NCBI GenBank assembly: GCA_045047115.1
Contig: JASFYR010000034.1
Location: forward strand, 1-39,625
Direction of reading: 5' to 3'
DNA length: 39,625 nt
Origin: Sulfurospirillum sp.
GTDB lineage: Bacteria; Campylobacterota; Campylobacteria; Campylobacterales; Sulfurospirillaceae
Made by a program: the position numbers and the translations under genes. The notes below the pieces were generated by a model. The model saw only the letters and a list, made by a program, of their open reading frames with translations, did not search any database and was not told the DNA's origin. How positions within the stretch are numbered: the stretch's first letter is position 1; the number at the start of each line of letters is the position of its first letter. This document shows positions 9,659-19,450 of this stretch, piece after piece.

Positions 9659-10567
9659 ATGCAACATATTTTAAGAGGAAATCTTTTTGGCTTGTCAGCT
9701 ATACTGCTTTGGTCCGCTTTGGCCAGTGTGACTGTGTTGGTTGGAAATATTCCGCCTTTTGAGTTGGTTAGCATCTCTTTTAGCGTGGCTTTTTTGATTG
9801 GATTGATTTTATGGAAAAATGAGGGTAAAGGTGTTTGGATACATTTTAAATTACCGCTTAAAAATTGGCTGATTGGTGTAGGGGGTTTGTTTGGATATCA
9901 TTTTTTCTACTTTTTAGCACTTCAAAATGCCCCGGCAGTTGAGGCAAATCTTATAAACTATCTATGGCCTCTTTTTATAGTTCTTTTTAGTGCTTTTTTG
10001 CCAGGAGTTAGGCTTAGATGGTTTCATATTCTGGGAGTTTTTTTGGGTTTTGCAGGGGTGTTTGTGCTGGTTGGTAAAGACGGAGGTTTGAATTTTGATT
10101 TTGAGTATGCAAGGGGTTATTTTTATGCCTTTTTATGTGCTTTGATTTGGTCCATATACTCTGTGCTTTCTAAGTATTTTGGAAAAGTTTCGGTTAGCTC
10201 TGTAGGGGCTTTTTGTGCTGCGACTGCAGTCTTGGCGGCTATTTTTCATTTTGCTTTTGAACCTACAGTTATACCGGATTTTAAGAGCTTTTTAGCAATT
10301 TTGGTTTTAGGCTTGGGACCGGTAGGTGGTGCATTTTTTCTTTGGGATTATGGTGTCAAAAATGGAGATATACAGATGATAGGAACCCTTTCATATATAA
10401 CACCACTTCTTTCTACTGTTTTTTTGGTTATATTTGGACTCTCAAAGCCAAATCCAAATATATGGATAGCTGCATCTTTTATCGCGCTTGGCTCAGTTGT
10501 TGCCTCTTTGCCACTATTTAAAAAATTCATAGTCAACTACTTTACTGATGACTCCATCAGATTTTAG
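9659..10567 (+). CDS. DMT/EamA-family transporter (YddG-like)
   Basis: About 10 hydrophobic segments; AILLWS, ANLINYLWP, FFLWDYG, LSYITPLLST. Confidence 0.9.
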   Translation: MQHILRGNLFGLSAILLWSALASVTVLVGNIPPFELVSISFSVAFLIGLILWKNEGKGVWIHFKLPLKNWLIGVGGLFGYHFFYFLALQNAPAVEANLINYLWPLFIVLFSAFLPGVRLRWFHILGVFLGFAGVFVLVGKDGGLNFDFEYARGYFYAFLCALIWSIYSVLSKYFGKVSVSSVGAFCAATAVLAAIFHFAFEPTVIPDFKSFLAILVLGLGPVGGAFFLWDYGVKNGDIQMIGTLSYITPLLSTVFLVIFGLSKPNPNIWIAASFIALGSVVASLPLFKKFIVNYFTDDSIRF

Positions 10568-10807
10568 CTCCTCTATCAGTTTGAGATGAATCGGGTGTGT
10601 GGCATAGGTATTTAAATCCTTTTTGGAGTTAAACGCAACACTAAGGGCTATATCGTAAGCCCTTTGCTCAAGGCTAAAATTTATACCAGCTTCTATCTCC
10701 CTTATGACTTCAATATCATTTTTAAGAGAGAGTATAGTGTTTTTGATTTGCTCTTTGTTGAGGTTGCTGTCTTCTCTAAATTTTAAAAATACTATATGTT
10801 TTACCAA
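10514..10807 (-). CDS. Dabb (stress-responsive A/B barrel) family protein
   Basis: MVKHIVFLKF...YATHPIH...VDYE pattern. Confidence 0.88.
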   Translation of the reverse strand: MVKHIVFLKFREDSNLNKEQIKNTILSLKNDIEVIREIEAGINFSLEQRAYDIALSVAFNSKKDLNTYATHPIHLKLIEELKSDGVISKVVDYEFFK

Positions 10808-11967
10808 TTTTTATCCTTTTGTATAGGTTTTCCAAAGAAAAATCCTTGAAAATAGTCAAATCCCATTTTTTTAGACTCTTCAAAAGAGGCATTTGAATTT
10901 ATACGGGTTGCTATGCTTTTGCACTCTAGCCTATCGCATTCTTTTAGTATATTTTTACAGCTCTCCCGTGCTTCTTTGCTGATACTTAACAATCTTATTA
11001 TATCGCCGTCAACTTTTACAAAATCTATGCTTTTGTTTTGAAAAACACTTAGTATATCGGGTGATTTTACATTATCCAGGCATACTCTTATGTTAGCAGA
11101 TTTTAATTTTTCCAACTTTTTCTCCAAATGCTCTGTTTTGGTTTTTTCATTACTGTGCAATTCAAAGATGGTATTTGTATCTTTGTATCTTTGTATCAAA
11201 TACTCAAACAGTCCCTTTTCTTCTATATCTTCAAAAGAAAAATTGACCGCATTTACGCCAGAAGTATCTAAAATCTTTTTGCTTAACAGTTTTACTATAG
11301 TTATGTAAAAACCTCTCTTTTTGGCGATTTCCAGAAAAAATTTAGGTGGCTGGATAGAATTTTTTAGCGTTAGACGGATTAGAACCTCATTGTAAATCTC
11401 ATCCCCTCTTAGGTTGATTACTCTTTGAAAATATGGTGTTATAAAGTCATTTTTTATGGATGTTTCTACTTTTTGCCCAATATCGCTGTTTTTTTCTTCC
11501 AAAAGTTTTCTAGCAAACTTCGAATACGATATAAAAGGCTGATTCTCTTTTTGTGCAAGAGAGAGCGCGAGGGTAGCTTTTTTAAGGGAATTGTTTAAAT
11601 CAAAAGATATGCCTATATTTGTTTCCATTTTTATTGTTGTTTTTTTCAAGTCATATGTCTGCTGTGATATGAAATTAACCAGATCAGATATATTTTTCTC
11701 TACAATATCAAGATCAAAAGATGTGTCTTTTAAAAGGGCAAATTCGTCATCTTTGACTCTAAAAGCTAAAATTCCTTGCTCTTTTGCAAAATTTGAAAGT
11801 GATTTTGCAAAATAACGAAGTAGCAGATCGCCGGTTTCGTCACCATATGTTATGTTTATAGATTTAAAACCTTTTATGTCTATTAGGAAAAGTATGGGAA
11901 ATTTTGCATTTTTTAAACTCTCGGTTAAACTCAGTTTTGAAGGTATATTTGTTAGAGCATCAATCAT
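10801..11967 (-). CDS. Degenerate GGDEF-EAL domain protein
   Basis: IDIKGFKSINITYGDETGD...FRVKDDEF (GGDEF replaced), PYFQ..NEVLIRL, CLDNV instead of DDFG, VKVDG, YFQGFFFGKP. Confidence 0.85.
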   Translation of the reverse strand: MIDALTNIPSKLSLTESLKNAKFPILFLIDIKGFKSINITYGDETGDLLLRYFAKSLSNFAKEQGILAFRVKDDEFALLKDTSFDLDIVEKNISDLVNFISQQTYDLKKTTIKMETNIGISFDLNNSLKKATLALSLAQKENQPFISYSKFARKLLEEKNSDIGQKVETSIKNDFITPYFQRVINLRGDEIYNEVLIRLTLKNSIQPPKFFLEIAKKRGFYITIVKLLSKKILDTSGVNAVNFSFEDIEEKGLFEYLIQRYKDTNTIFELHSNEKTKTEHLEKKLEKLKSANIRVCLDNVKSPDILSVFQNKSIDFVKVDGDIIRLLSISKEARESCKNILKECDRLECKSIATRINSNASFEESKKMGFDYFQGFFFGKPIQKDKNW

Positions 11968-12533
11968 ATCAGAAGCTTTGCTTTTTCATATTCGGAGATT
12001 TTGTTTAGATTCATAAAGGGTTTATCATCACTAAACTCAACATATCTTGTTTTAATCTTTTTTAAAAGTTCTCTTATTTTGTGGTTGTTATCTGAAATTT
12101 GCCCTTTGAGAGTAGGCAAGATGGAGGGTTTGTAAATTGCGCACATTTGATGTGAGCCAAAGGGAGATTTTGCGATGATTGCATCAAAACTGTTAGAGTT
12201 TTTATAGAGTTCTTCAAAAATAGCTTTGCTGACGAAAGGGGTGTCTACGCTTAAAATTACTAGGGGTGTTTGCAGTTTTTTCAGCGCGCTGTAGAGTGCT
12301 ATTAGCGGAGAAAACTCATCAAACTCTTTTGTGTCTTCTATAAAGGAGGCTGCAAAATCAAATTTGCTTTTATCTTTGCAACTTACATACACATTTTTAA
12401 ACCAACTCTTGATTCTTTTGAGCTGATATTGTGTCAGAGTTTTATCTTCTCCAAAAGAAAGCAGTGCTTTGTCCTGCCCCATCCGGGAGCTTTTGCCCCC
12501 GGCAACTATGATGCAAGGCAGAGGTAAGATTAT
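11964..12533 (-). CDS. mobA: Molybdenum cofactor guanylyltransferase MobA (start uncertain, probably non-canonical)
   Basis: The frame upstream of ATG 12482 encodes IILPLPCIIVAGGKSSR, completing the AGGKSSRMGQDKALL motif; SVDTPF and FMNLN motifs downstream. Confidence 0.88.
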   Translation of the reverse strand: MILPLPCIIVAGGKSSRMGQDKALLSFGEDKTLTQYQLKRIKSWFKNVYVSCKDKSKFDFAASFIEDTKEFDEFSPLIALYSALKKLQTPLVILSVDTPFVSKAIFEELYKNSNSFDAIIAKSPFGSHQMCAIYKPSILPTLKGQISDNNHKIRELLKKIKTRYVEFSDDKPFMNLNKISEYEKAKLLI

Positions 12534-13795
12534 ATACTCCTGGGATCTGCTATCTTGCCGGCGATTGCACTTGCGGCCGCTACAGCTGAATTGGCAAGAT
12601 ATATCTCGCTGCTTCTATCGCCCATACGCCCTACAAAGTTTCTGTTGGTAGTAGATACGCATTTTTCATTGTTTCCAAGAATCCCCATGTATCCTCCGAG
12701 GCAGGCTCCACATGTAGGATTTGAAAAGACAGCACCTGCTTCTATAAATATCTCCACCAAACCCTCTTTTGAAGCTTGAAGTGAAATTTTTTGGGTGGCT
12801 GGTGTGATGATGAGTCTTGTTTTTCTTGCTACTTTTTTACCTTTTAAAATTTTTGCTGCAATTCTTAGATCCTCTAGCCTACCGTTTGTGCAGCTTCCTA
12901 TAAAAACCTGATCTATCTCTATATCATCACTTACGGCTTTGCTTAGAGGTTTGCCATTTGAAGGCAGATGAGGGTATGCTATAATAGGCTCCAGCCTTGT
13001 AACATCTATGTGAATAATTTGCACATAAGAGGCATCACTATCAGAATAGAACTCTTTTGGCTCTCTTGCTAGATTTTTATCGCTTAAAAATGCTTCAGTT
13101 ATTTCATCGACCGCTATGATACCGTTCTTTGCTCCCGCTTCTATCGCCATATTGCACAAACTAAATCTGTCATCCATGCTTAGGTGTTTTATCGTATCAC
13201 CTGTAAATTCCAAGGTTTTATATAGTGCCCCATCTACTCCTATTTGTCTTATGACTTCGAGAATCAAATCTTTTCCATATATCATCTCATTCGGTTTTCC
13301 GCTAAAAACAACTTTTATAGCTTCGGGTACTTTAAACCAATTTCCGCCCGTGATGAGTGCAAAAGATATGTCAGTAGAGCCCATGCCTGTTGAAAATGCT
13401 CCCAAAGCACCGTGAGTGCAAGTATGAGAGTCAGCTCCTATGATGACATCCCCTGGGACTACAAGTCCTTTTTCAGGTAAAAGTGCATGTTCTATACCCA
13501 TATCTTTTTCATCAAAAAAATGTCTTAAATTGTGTTTGTATGCAAAATCACGGCTTATCTTTGCCTGGTTTGCACTTGCTATATCTTTTGCAGGGATAAA
13601 ATGATCCATCACTATGGCAAAACCATCAGGATTTGCCAGACTCTCTTTACCACTCTCTTCAAAAGCTTTTATGGATATAGGAGTAGTAATGTCATTTCCT
13701 ATGACCATATCTATATTTGAGCGGATGATCTCTCCTGCATATACTTTACGACCTACATGGTCACTAAAAATCTTCTCTGTTATTGTTTGAGGCAT
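12530..13795 (-). CDS. leuC: 3-isopropylmalate dehydratase large subunit (short, homoaconitase-like type)
   Basis: TITEKI, DHFIP, GADSHTCTHGA, GSCTNGR, CGACLG, STTNRNFVGRMG; no leuD in the window. Confidence 0.93.
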   Translation of the reverse strand: MPQTITEKIFSDHVGRKVYAGEIIRSNIDMVIGNDITTPISIKAFEESGKESLANPDGFAIVMDHFIPAKDIASANQAKISRDFAYKHNLRHFFDEKDMGIEHALLPEKGLVVPGDVIIGADSHTCTHGALGAFSTGMGSTDISFALITGGNWFKVPEAIKVVFSGKPNEMIYGKDLILEVIRQIGVDGALYKTLEFTGDTIKHLSMDDRFSLCNMAIEAGAKNGIIAVDEITEAFLSDKNLAREPKEFYSDSDASYVQIIHIDVTRLEPIIAYPHLPSNGKPLSKAVSDDIEIDQVFIGSCTNGRLEDLRIAAKILKGKKVARKTRLIITPATQKISLQASKEGLVEIFIEAGAVFSNPTCGACLGGYMGILGNNEKCVSTTNRNFVGRMGDRSSEIYLANSAVAAASAIAGKIADPRSI

Positions 13796-13835
13796 AAAAA
13801 TCCTTTTTCTTCAGTTTGTAGTTTAGCTATCTGCA

Positions 13836-13910
13836 ATTTTTGTCAACTCATTTCAAAAGGAGCAAATCCGTTCTTTGGTCTGACTCCCTTTAAAATGAGT
13901 TGACAAAAAT
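13836..13910. repeat. Long inverted repeat (27-bp arms) with conserved 21-nt core in the leuC leader
   Basis: Arms 13836-13862 and 13884-13910 (2 mismatches); core CAAATCCGTTCTTTGGTCTGA at 13863-13883. Confidence 0.9.
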
Positions 13911-13984
13911 CTACTGCTTGACCTTTGTTGAAAAAATATCACTAAATGTCAAGATTATACTTTCTCATTTTATCAAAAAACTAT

Positions 13985-14575
13985 TTAAGGTATCTTTGGA
14001 GCAAGGATTTTCTCTCCTATGAAGCCATAATTTGCACCTACTCTTGCCAATGGATTAAAATCTATGCGTAGTTTTTTGCTGTCAGTTATAGCACTGTCAT
14101 CAACAAACAGTTTTTTTATCTCCAGGATTATCGGTATGGTTTCACTGCCTTTGAGATCTATTTCTTCATAAAATTCACAAAAGTATGCCACAGGTGAGCC
14201 CTCGACCATAGGTGGAAAACCAACTTCAGCCTCTTTTAGTTTTACATCAAATTCTTTGGCTTCGCTGATGTTTGCATCTAGCTCTTTTGAGCTGAAGTGC
14301 AGTTTCTCAAGTTGCGTCTCACCAGCTATGCAAATGGTGCATTTTTTGGTATTTCTTATGTTTCTTAGTGTATCTTTTGGCTCACCACTGCTCTTGTGTC
14401 CTATGGAGACTATGAGAGTCGGAGGGTTTGAACTAAGAGGAGTAAAGTAACTAAATGGTGCTATGTTTATGCTTTTGTCCTTGGTGATTATCCATGCGAT
14501 TGGTCTGGGTATGGCTGTTTGGGCTGTAAGTTTATATCTGTCGCTAGGTTCTGTTTTGTCAAAATCAAATATCAT
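13985..14575 (-). CDS. Flavin reductase-like (FMN-binding split barrel) protein
   Basis: PRPIAWI, NIAPFSYF, KDTLRNI, PLARVGANY; ATG 14575 fits SD GAGGAG better than GTG 14581. Confidence 0.9.
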   Translation of the reverse strand: MIFDFDKTEPSDRYKLTAQTAIPRPIAWIITKDKSINIAPFSYFTPLSSNPPTLIVSIGHKSSGEPKDTLRNIRNTKKCTICIAGETQLEKLHFSSKELDANISEAKEFDVKLKEAEVGFPPMVEGSPVAYFCEFYEEIDLKGSETIPIILEIKKLFVDDSAITDSKKLRIDFNPLARVGANYGFIGEKILAPKIP

Positions 14576-14629
14576 TATCACTCCTCGTTATAAATAAATG
14601 GTATAATCATACCATAGAAAAGGAAAAAA

Positions 14630-15961
14630 ATGAGAAGATTTGAGCTGTTGAGAGTTGTGGACTATTTAAAAATTTTTAAAAAAATCAGTGCTATACAAAG
14701 AGTTGGCGATAATATTATAAGAATTGTTTTTGATAGACAAAAAGCCCTCTTTTTTGATTTAAGGCGCGGAGATTCGCATATATTTTTGAAAGATGATTTT
14801 AAAAAAGCCAAAATATACAAAGCTCCTTTTGATGTTGTTTTATCTAAAAAGTTTACCAATTCAAATATCTTAAATATGGAAGTGCTCAAAGATGACAGGA
14901 TTTTAAAGATAGATGTTTTGTCCAATTCAAAGTATAAATCCGATGAGGTTACTTTGCAGTTGGAATTTACAGGTAAAAATACAAATGCGATTATTTTGGA
15001 TAAAAACGGGATTGTTTTGGAGGCTTTGAGGCATATAGACTCTTTGTCTTCGTATAGAGAGGTGCAAACAGGGGTTATTTTAAAAGCTCTGCATGTGGAG
15101 CATAAATTTAGTCCGAAGCCAGGCGACAAGATAGAGGATATAGAGAAATTTTTAGCCAATGAGTACGAAAAAAGAGCAAAAAACTCCCTTGCTTCTTTGA
15201 AAAAGCAGAAAATTGCAAATATAGAAAAGAAAATAAAAAAACTTCAAAAACTTTTGAACAGTTTGCAAAACGAAGAGGAGTTGCTCACCAAAAGTGAAAC
15301 TTACGCCTTGTGGGGAACTCTGATTTTTAGTAACATTGACAAGATAAAGGGTTATGAAAAAAATATAGAATTGGTTGATTTTGAGGGGGAGTCTATAGTG
15401 ATCTCTCTGCCGAAAGAGGCAAGAAGCGGTGTGGAAGCCGGCAATATACTCTTTGATGCTTCTAAAAAGCTAAAAAGAAAAGCAAAATCTTTATATATCG
15501 AAAGAGAGAATTTGGGTAGCAAGATAGAGTTTTTCAAAAAGCTGCAAAATGCCATAAATCAAGCAAGTGATGAGGTAGAGACAAATATACTCTATCCTAA
15601 GCAAAAACACCAAAAAAGAGCACAGGGCAGACAGGTGCCATATGAGAGTTTTTACATAGAGGGCTTCAAAATGATGCTTGGAAAAAATGAAAAAGGTAAC
15701 ATCGAGTTACTAAAAGAGGCAAAAAAAAGAGATATTTGGTTGCATCTAAAGGATATGCCATCATCTCATGTTATAATAAGAACAGATAAGCAAAATATAC
15801 CAAAAACCGTTTTGGAGTTTGCTGCAAAACTCTGCGTTGAGTTCAGTGTCTCTCAAAAAGGTTCTTATTTGGTCGATTATACTCAAAGAAGGAATGTGAA
15901 GATAGATGTTGGCGCACATGTAAACTATGTGGATTACAAAACTATAAGTACAACTATTTAA
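14630..15961 (+). CDS. NFACT/RqcH (FbpA-like) ribosome quality control protein
   Basis: DDRIL..LQLEFTGKNTNAII, central coiled coil, GKNEKGN..L, DIWLHLKDMPSSHVII, VDYTQRRNVK. Confidence 0.88.
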   Translation: MRRFELLRVVDYLKIFKKISAIQRVGDNIIRIVFDRQKALFFDLRRGDSHIFLKDDFKKAKIYKAPFDVVLSKKFTNSNILNMEVLKDDRILKIDVLSNSKYKSDEVTLQLEFTGKNTNAIILDKNGIVLEALRHIDSLSSYREVQTGVILKALHVEHKFSPKPGDKIEDIEKFLANEYEKRAKNSLASLKKQKIANIEKKIKKLQKLLNSLQNEEELLTKSETYALWGTLIFSNIDKIKGYEKNIELVDFEGESIVISLPKEARSGVEAGNILFDASKKLKRKAKSLYIERENLGSKIEFFKKLQNAINQASDEVETNILYPKQKHQKRAQGRQVPYESFYIEGFKMMLGKNEKGNIELLKEAKKRDIWLHLKDMPSSHVIIRTDKQNIPKTVLEFAAKLCVEFSVSQKGSYLVDYTQRRNVKIDVGAHVNYVDYKTISTTI

Positions 15962-15972
15962 AGGAAAATATT

Positions 15973-16296
15973 ATGGCAATAGGTCCTGTTGGTGCGGTTG
16001 CATATGCAAATCAGGCGATGCCGGCACAAACCAAAATGCAGTCAAACTTTCAAAACAGACTAGATGCGCAAGCCGGAGCAGCTACGGCTATACAAGATGC
16101 CGATAAGCAAGAGATAGAAGATGTTAGACCGGCAGAAGAGACCTATAAAATTGACCCTGAGCACGAACATGAAAAGAAAAAAAACGATGAAGAGCAGCAG
16201 GGAAATAAAGAAAAACCAAAAAAAGACGATACGGAACAACAGGAAAAAGAAACTGCAGAAATTTTCACCACTAGACACCTAGATATAAAAGTCTAA
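15973..16296 (+). CDS. Hypothetical protein (acidic, C-terminal HLDIKV)
   Basis: SD AAGGA; sits between the NFACT gene and cdsA, an arrangement I recall from Campylobacter. Confidence 0.8.
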   Translation: MAIGPVGAVAYANQAMPAQTKMQSNFQNRLDAQAGAATAIQDADKQEIEDVRPAEETYKIDPEHEHEKKKNDEEQQGNKEKPKKDDTEQQEKETAEIFTTRHLDIKV

Positions 16297-16349
16297 GGAT
16301 AAACTCACACGATATAGGATAAAATACTATAAAAATAGGTGGAAAAATA

Positions 16350-17114
16350 ATGAATATCAAAGAAATTTACACTTCCCACAAAGAGAGGATACTGACCTCA
16401 ATTGTATTAGTTGGAGTTGCGTTAATTGTTGCTCTTGTTGACAAGACTCTTCTTACATGGGTGATGATGGGTGCTATATATTTGGTCTCTTTTTATGAAG
16501 CTATGAGCCTGTTTGGTTTGAGCGATAAAAGATATATGGTTTATGCGGTTGCACTCTGGCTGGCGGTTTTGATATATCCTAATCCTGATGATCTTTTTTA
16601 TCTTATCATTATCGTGGCTGTATCTGTAATGGTACACAAAAAAGATGTTAATTTAAGGCTTTTGAGCCCGTTTGTTTATCCGACACTCTCTATGTTGTTT
16701 TTGTTTGCTCTGTATAAAGATTTTGGTATGAGTACACTTATATGGCTTGTAGTTATCGTAGCATCTACTGATACAGGTGCTTATGTGACAGGAAAAAGCA
16801 TAGGCAAAACTCCTTTTTCAAAAACCTCTCCAAATAAGACTTGGGAAGGTGTGATAGGAGGAATTCTTATAGCTACTGTTTTGGGCTCTATAATTGGTCT
16901 TGGCAGTGTTGATTTGAGTATATCGGTAATTGTCTCATTTTTTGCTGCTCTCTCATCTGTTTGGGGTGATCTTTTTGAGAGTTATTTGAAAAGAGTTGCC
17001 GGAGTGAAAGACAGCGGAACTATTTTCCCAGGACACGGTGGTATGCTCGATAGATTAGATGGCTATCTGTTTGCTTCAATCGTTATGGTTGTGCTACTTA
17101 GAGGATTGCTATAG
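16350..17114 (+). CDS. cdsA: Phosphatidate cytidylyltransferase
   Basis: DTGAY..G, SPNKTWEG, GDLFESYLKR..GVKDSG..FPGHGGMLDRLD. Confidence 0.97.
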   Translation: MNIKEIYTSHKERILTSIVLVGVALIVALVDKTLLTWVMMGAIYLVSFYEAMSLFGLSDKRYMVYAVALWLAVLIYPNPDDLFYLIIIVAVSVMVHKKDVNLRLLSPFVYPTLSMLFLFALYKDFGMSTLIWLVVIVASTDTGAYVTGKSIGKTPFSKTSPNKTWEGVIGGILIATVLGSIIGLGSVDLSISVIVSFFAALSSVWGDLFESYLKRVAGVKDSGTIFPGHGGMLDRLDGYLFASIVMVVLLRGLL

Positions 17115-18188
17115 ATGATTTTGCTGGGATCTACCGGTTCTATAGGCGTAAATACTCTGCAACTTGCAAAAAAATTTGCTCTACATGTAGAAGTCTTAGC
17201 AGCAGGAAAAAATATAAACCTGTTAAATAGACAGATAGAGGAATTTCATCCAAAGTATGTTTGCATTGCCAATAAGGCTGATATCCAAAGAGTGAAGCAC
17301 AACAGAGTATTTTATGGAAGTGAAGGGATACTTGAAGTTATAAATTTAGCCAAAAGTGATTTGGTTGTAAATGCTCTTGTTGGTTTTGCCGGTCTTGCAC
17401 CCTCAGTTGAGACTCAAAAGTTAGGCAAGAGACTGGCTTTGGCAAACAAAGAGTCTTTAGTGGTTGCGGGAAATCTGCTTGATACCTCAAAAATTATTCC
17501 GATAGACAGTGAGCATTTTGGGTTAAAGTACCTATTGAGCGATAAATTGGTAAAATCTATGATTATAACAGCGAGTGGCGGATCATTTAGGGACACACCG
17601 CTTGAAAAACTTTCATCCATGAGTTCAGCCGAAGCACTGAAGCATCCAAACTGGAAGATGGGCAAAAAGATCACAATAGACAGTGCGACTATGACAAATA
17701 AAATCTTTGAGCTCTTGGAGGCAAAGTGGCTATATGGTTGCGAAAATTTAGATGCTATCATAGAGACAAAATCCATTATTCATGCTTTTATCAATTTTGT
17801 AGATGGAAGCACAACTGCTCATATCGCAAATGCCGACATGAAACTTCCTATCTCTTTTGCACTTAAAGGAGAGATAAAGGAGGAGATTTTGCCGCATGTA
17901 GATTTGAAGGAAGTTGGAAATTTAGAGTTTAGAGAGATAAAAGAGAGCAGATATCCGATGTGGGAGATAAGAGAAGATATACTTAAAAATTCTAAACTTG
18001 GAGTCGTTTTAAATGCTGCAAATGAAGTGAGTGTCGAGAGTTTTTTGAATAATGAGATAAATATACTCGATATCGCAAAGATAAACAAAAGAGCATATAG
18101 GTATTTTAGCGATATAAAACCAAAAAATTTAGATGATATTTTTGAGATAGATAAAGAGGTAAGAAAATTTTCTAAAGGAGATTTATGA
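17115..18188 (+). CDS. dxr: 1-deoxy-D-xylulose-5-phosphate reductoisomerase
   Basis: LGSTGSIG, LANKESLV, PIDSEH, TASGG, HPNWKMGKKITIDSATM. Confidence 0.97.
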   Translation: MILLGSTGSIGVNTLQLAKKFALHVEVLAAGKNINLLNRQIEEFHPKYVCIANKADIQRVKHNRVFYGSEGILEVINLAKSDLVVNALVGFAGLAPSVETQKLGKRLALANKESLVVAGNLLDTSKIIPIDSEHFGLKYLLSDKLVKSMIITASGGSFRDTPLEKLSSMSSAEALKHPNWKMGKKITIDSATMTNKIFELLEAKWLYGCENLDAIIETKSIIHAFINFVDGSTTAHIANADMKLPISFALKGEIKEEILPHVDLKEVGNLEFREIKESRYPMWEIREDILKNSKLGVVLNAANEVSVESFLNNEINILDIAKINKRAYRYFSDIKPKNLDDIFEIDKEVRKFSKGDL

Positions 18189-19432
18189 GTAAGACAGACT
18201 ATAACTTACGCTTGAAAGACAGCATAGTTGGTTTGCAGTTTTTGTTTGTGGCATTTGGCGCCCTGGTTCTTGTTCCGATTTTGACAGGACTTGATCCAAA
18301 TGTTGCTCTTTTTACAGCCGGTCTTGGAACACTTCTGTTTCAGCTTATCAATAGACAAGCGGTTCCGCCTATATTTTTGGCTTCATCTTTTGCTTTTATA
18401 GCACCAATCATATATGGAGTTAAAACCTGGGGAATTGCAGGAACCATGTCCGGTCTCGCAGCAGCCGGTCTCTTATATGTAGTTCTTAGTTTTGCAATCA
18501 GACTGTATGGTTCCAAGTTTATACATAAGATTTTACCGGCAGTCGTAGTAGGACCGGTGATTATGACCATCGGCTTGATACTTTCTCCTGTGGCAGTTCA
18601 TATGGCGATGGGAAAAACGGGTGATGGAGCTATAACTTTGGTCCCTTTTGACAAGGCGATTGTTATATCTATGATATCGCTTGCAACAACCATGCTCGTC
18701 TCCTTGCTCGGAAAAGGAGTATTTAGACTGTTGCCTATCCTTTCAGGTGTTTTTATGGGATATATAATCTCTTTGATGTATGGAATAGTAAGTTTTGATG
18801 CTGTTCATAAAGCTGCCTGGTTTGCTATGCCAAAATTTGTGGCACCTGAACTCAACTGGCAGGCGATTTTGTATATAGTTCCTATAGCAATTGCTCCGGC
18901 AGTTGAGCATATAGGAGATATATTGGCTATCAGTCGTGTAACCAAGAGGGATTATCTAAAGAAACCCGGACTTAAAAATACGCTTTTAGGCGATGGCCTG
19001 GCTACAAGTTTGGCTGCTTGTTTTGGCGGTCCCCCAAACACTACATACTCTGAAGTAACAGGGGCTGTTACTATCACAAAAGCTTATAATCCGGCCATCA
19101 TGACCTGGGCTGCGATATTTGCTATAATTTTGGCATTTGTTGGAAAGCTTGGTGGCCTTTTGGCTACTATTCCGGTGCCTGTTATGGGTGGAATTATGCT
19201 TCTGCTTTTTGGAATAATCACTTCTATCGGTATGGGAACACTGATAAAGGAGAAAGCTGATTTGGAAGATCCGAGAAATATGATCATAGTCTCTATGATT
19301 TTGGTTTTTGCCATAGGGGGTTTTACTTTTGACTTTGGTGGAGTCGCTTTTAGCGGTATCGGATTAGGAGCAGTTGTGGGGATATTCTTAAATTTAGTAT
19401 TGCCAAAAACAAAACATTTAGAGGGTTATTAA
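18185..19432 (+). CDS. uraA: Uracil/xanthine permease (NCS2 family)
   Basis: QFLFVAFGALVLVP, LASSFAFI, EHIGD, GPPNTTYSEVTG signature. Confidence 0.9.
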   Translation: MSKTDYNLRLKDSIVGLQFLFVAFGALVLVPILTGLDPNVALFTAGLGTLLFQLINRQAVPPIFLASSFAFIAPIIYGVKTWGIAGTMSGLAAAGLLYVVLSFAIRLYGSKFIHKILPAVVVGPVIMTIGLILSPVAVHMAMGKTGDGAITLVPFDKAIVISMISLATTMLVSLLGKGVFRLLPILSGVFMGYIISLMYGIVSFDAVHKAAWFAMPKFVAPELNWQAILYIVPIAIAPAVEHIGDILAISRVTKRDYLKKPGLKNTLLGDGLATSLAACFGGPPNTTYSEVTGAVTITKAYNPAIMTWAAIFAIILAFVGKLGGLLATIPVPVMGGIMLLLFGIITSIGMGTLIKEKADLEDPRNMIIVSMILVFAIGGFTFDFGGVAFSGIGLGAVVGIFLNLVLPKTKHLEGY

Positions 19433-19450
19433 ACTAAAAGAGGCAGAGAG

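Noticed and set aside
13941..13968. Leucine attenuator leader peptide upstream of leuC
   Set aside because: The mini-ORF MRKYNLDI has one Leu, and the hairpin lacks a U-tract.
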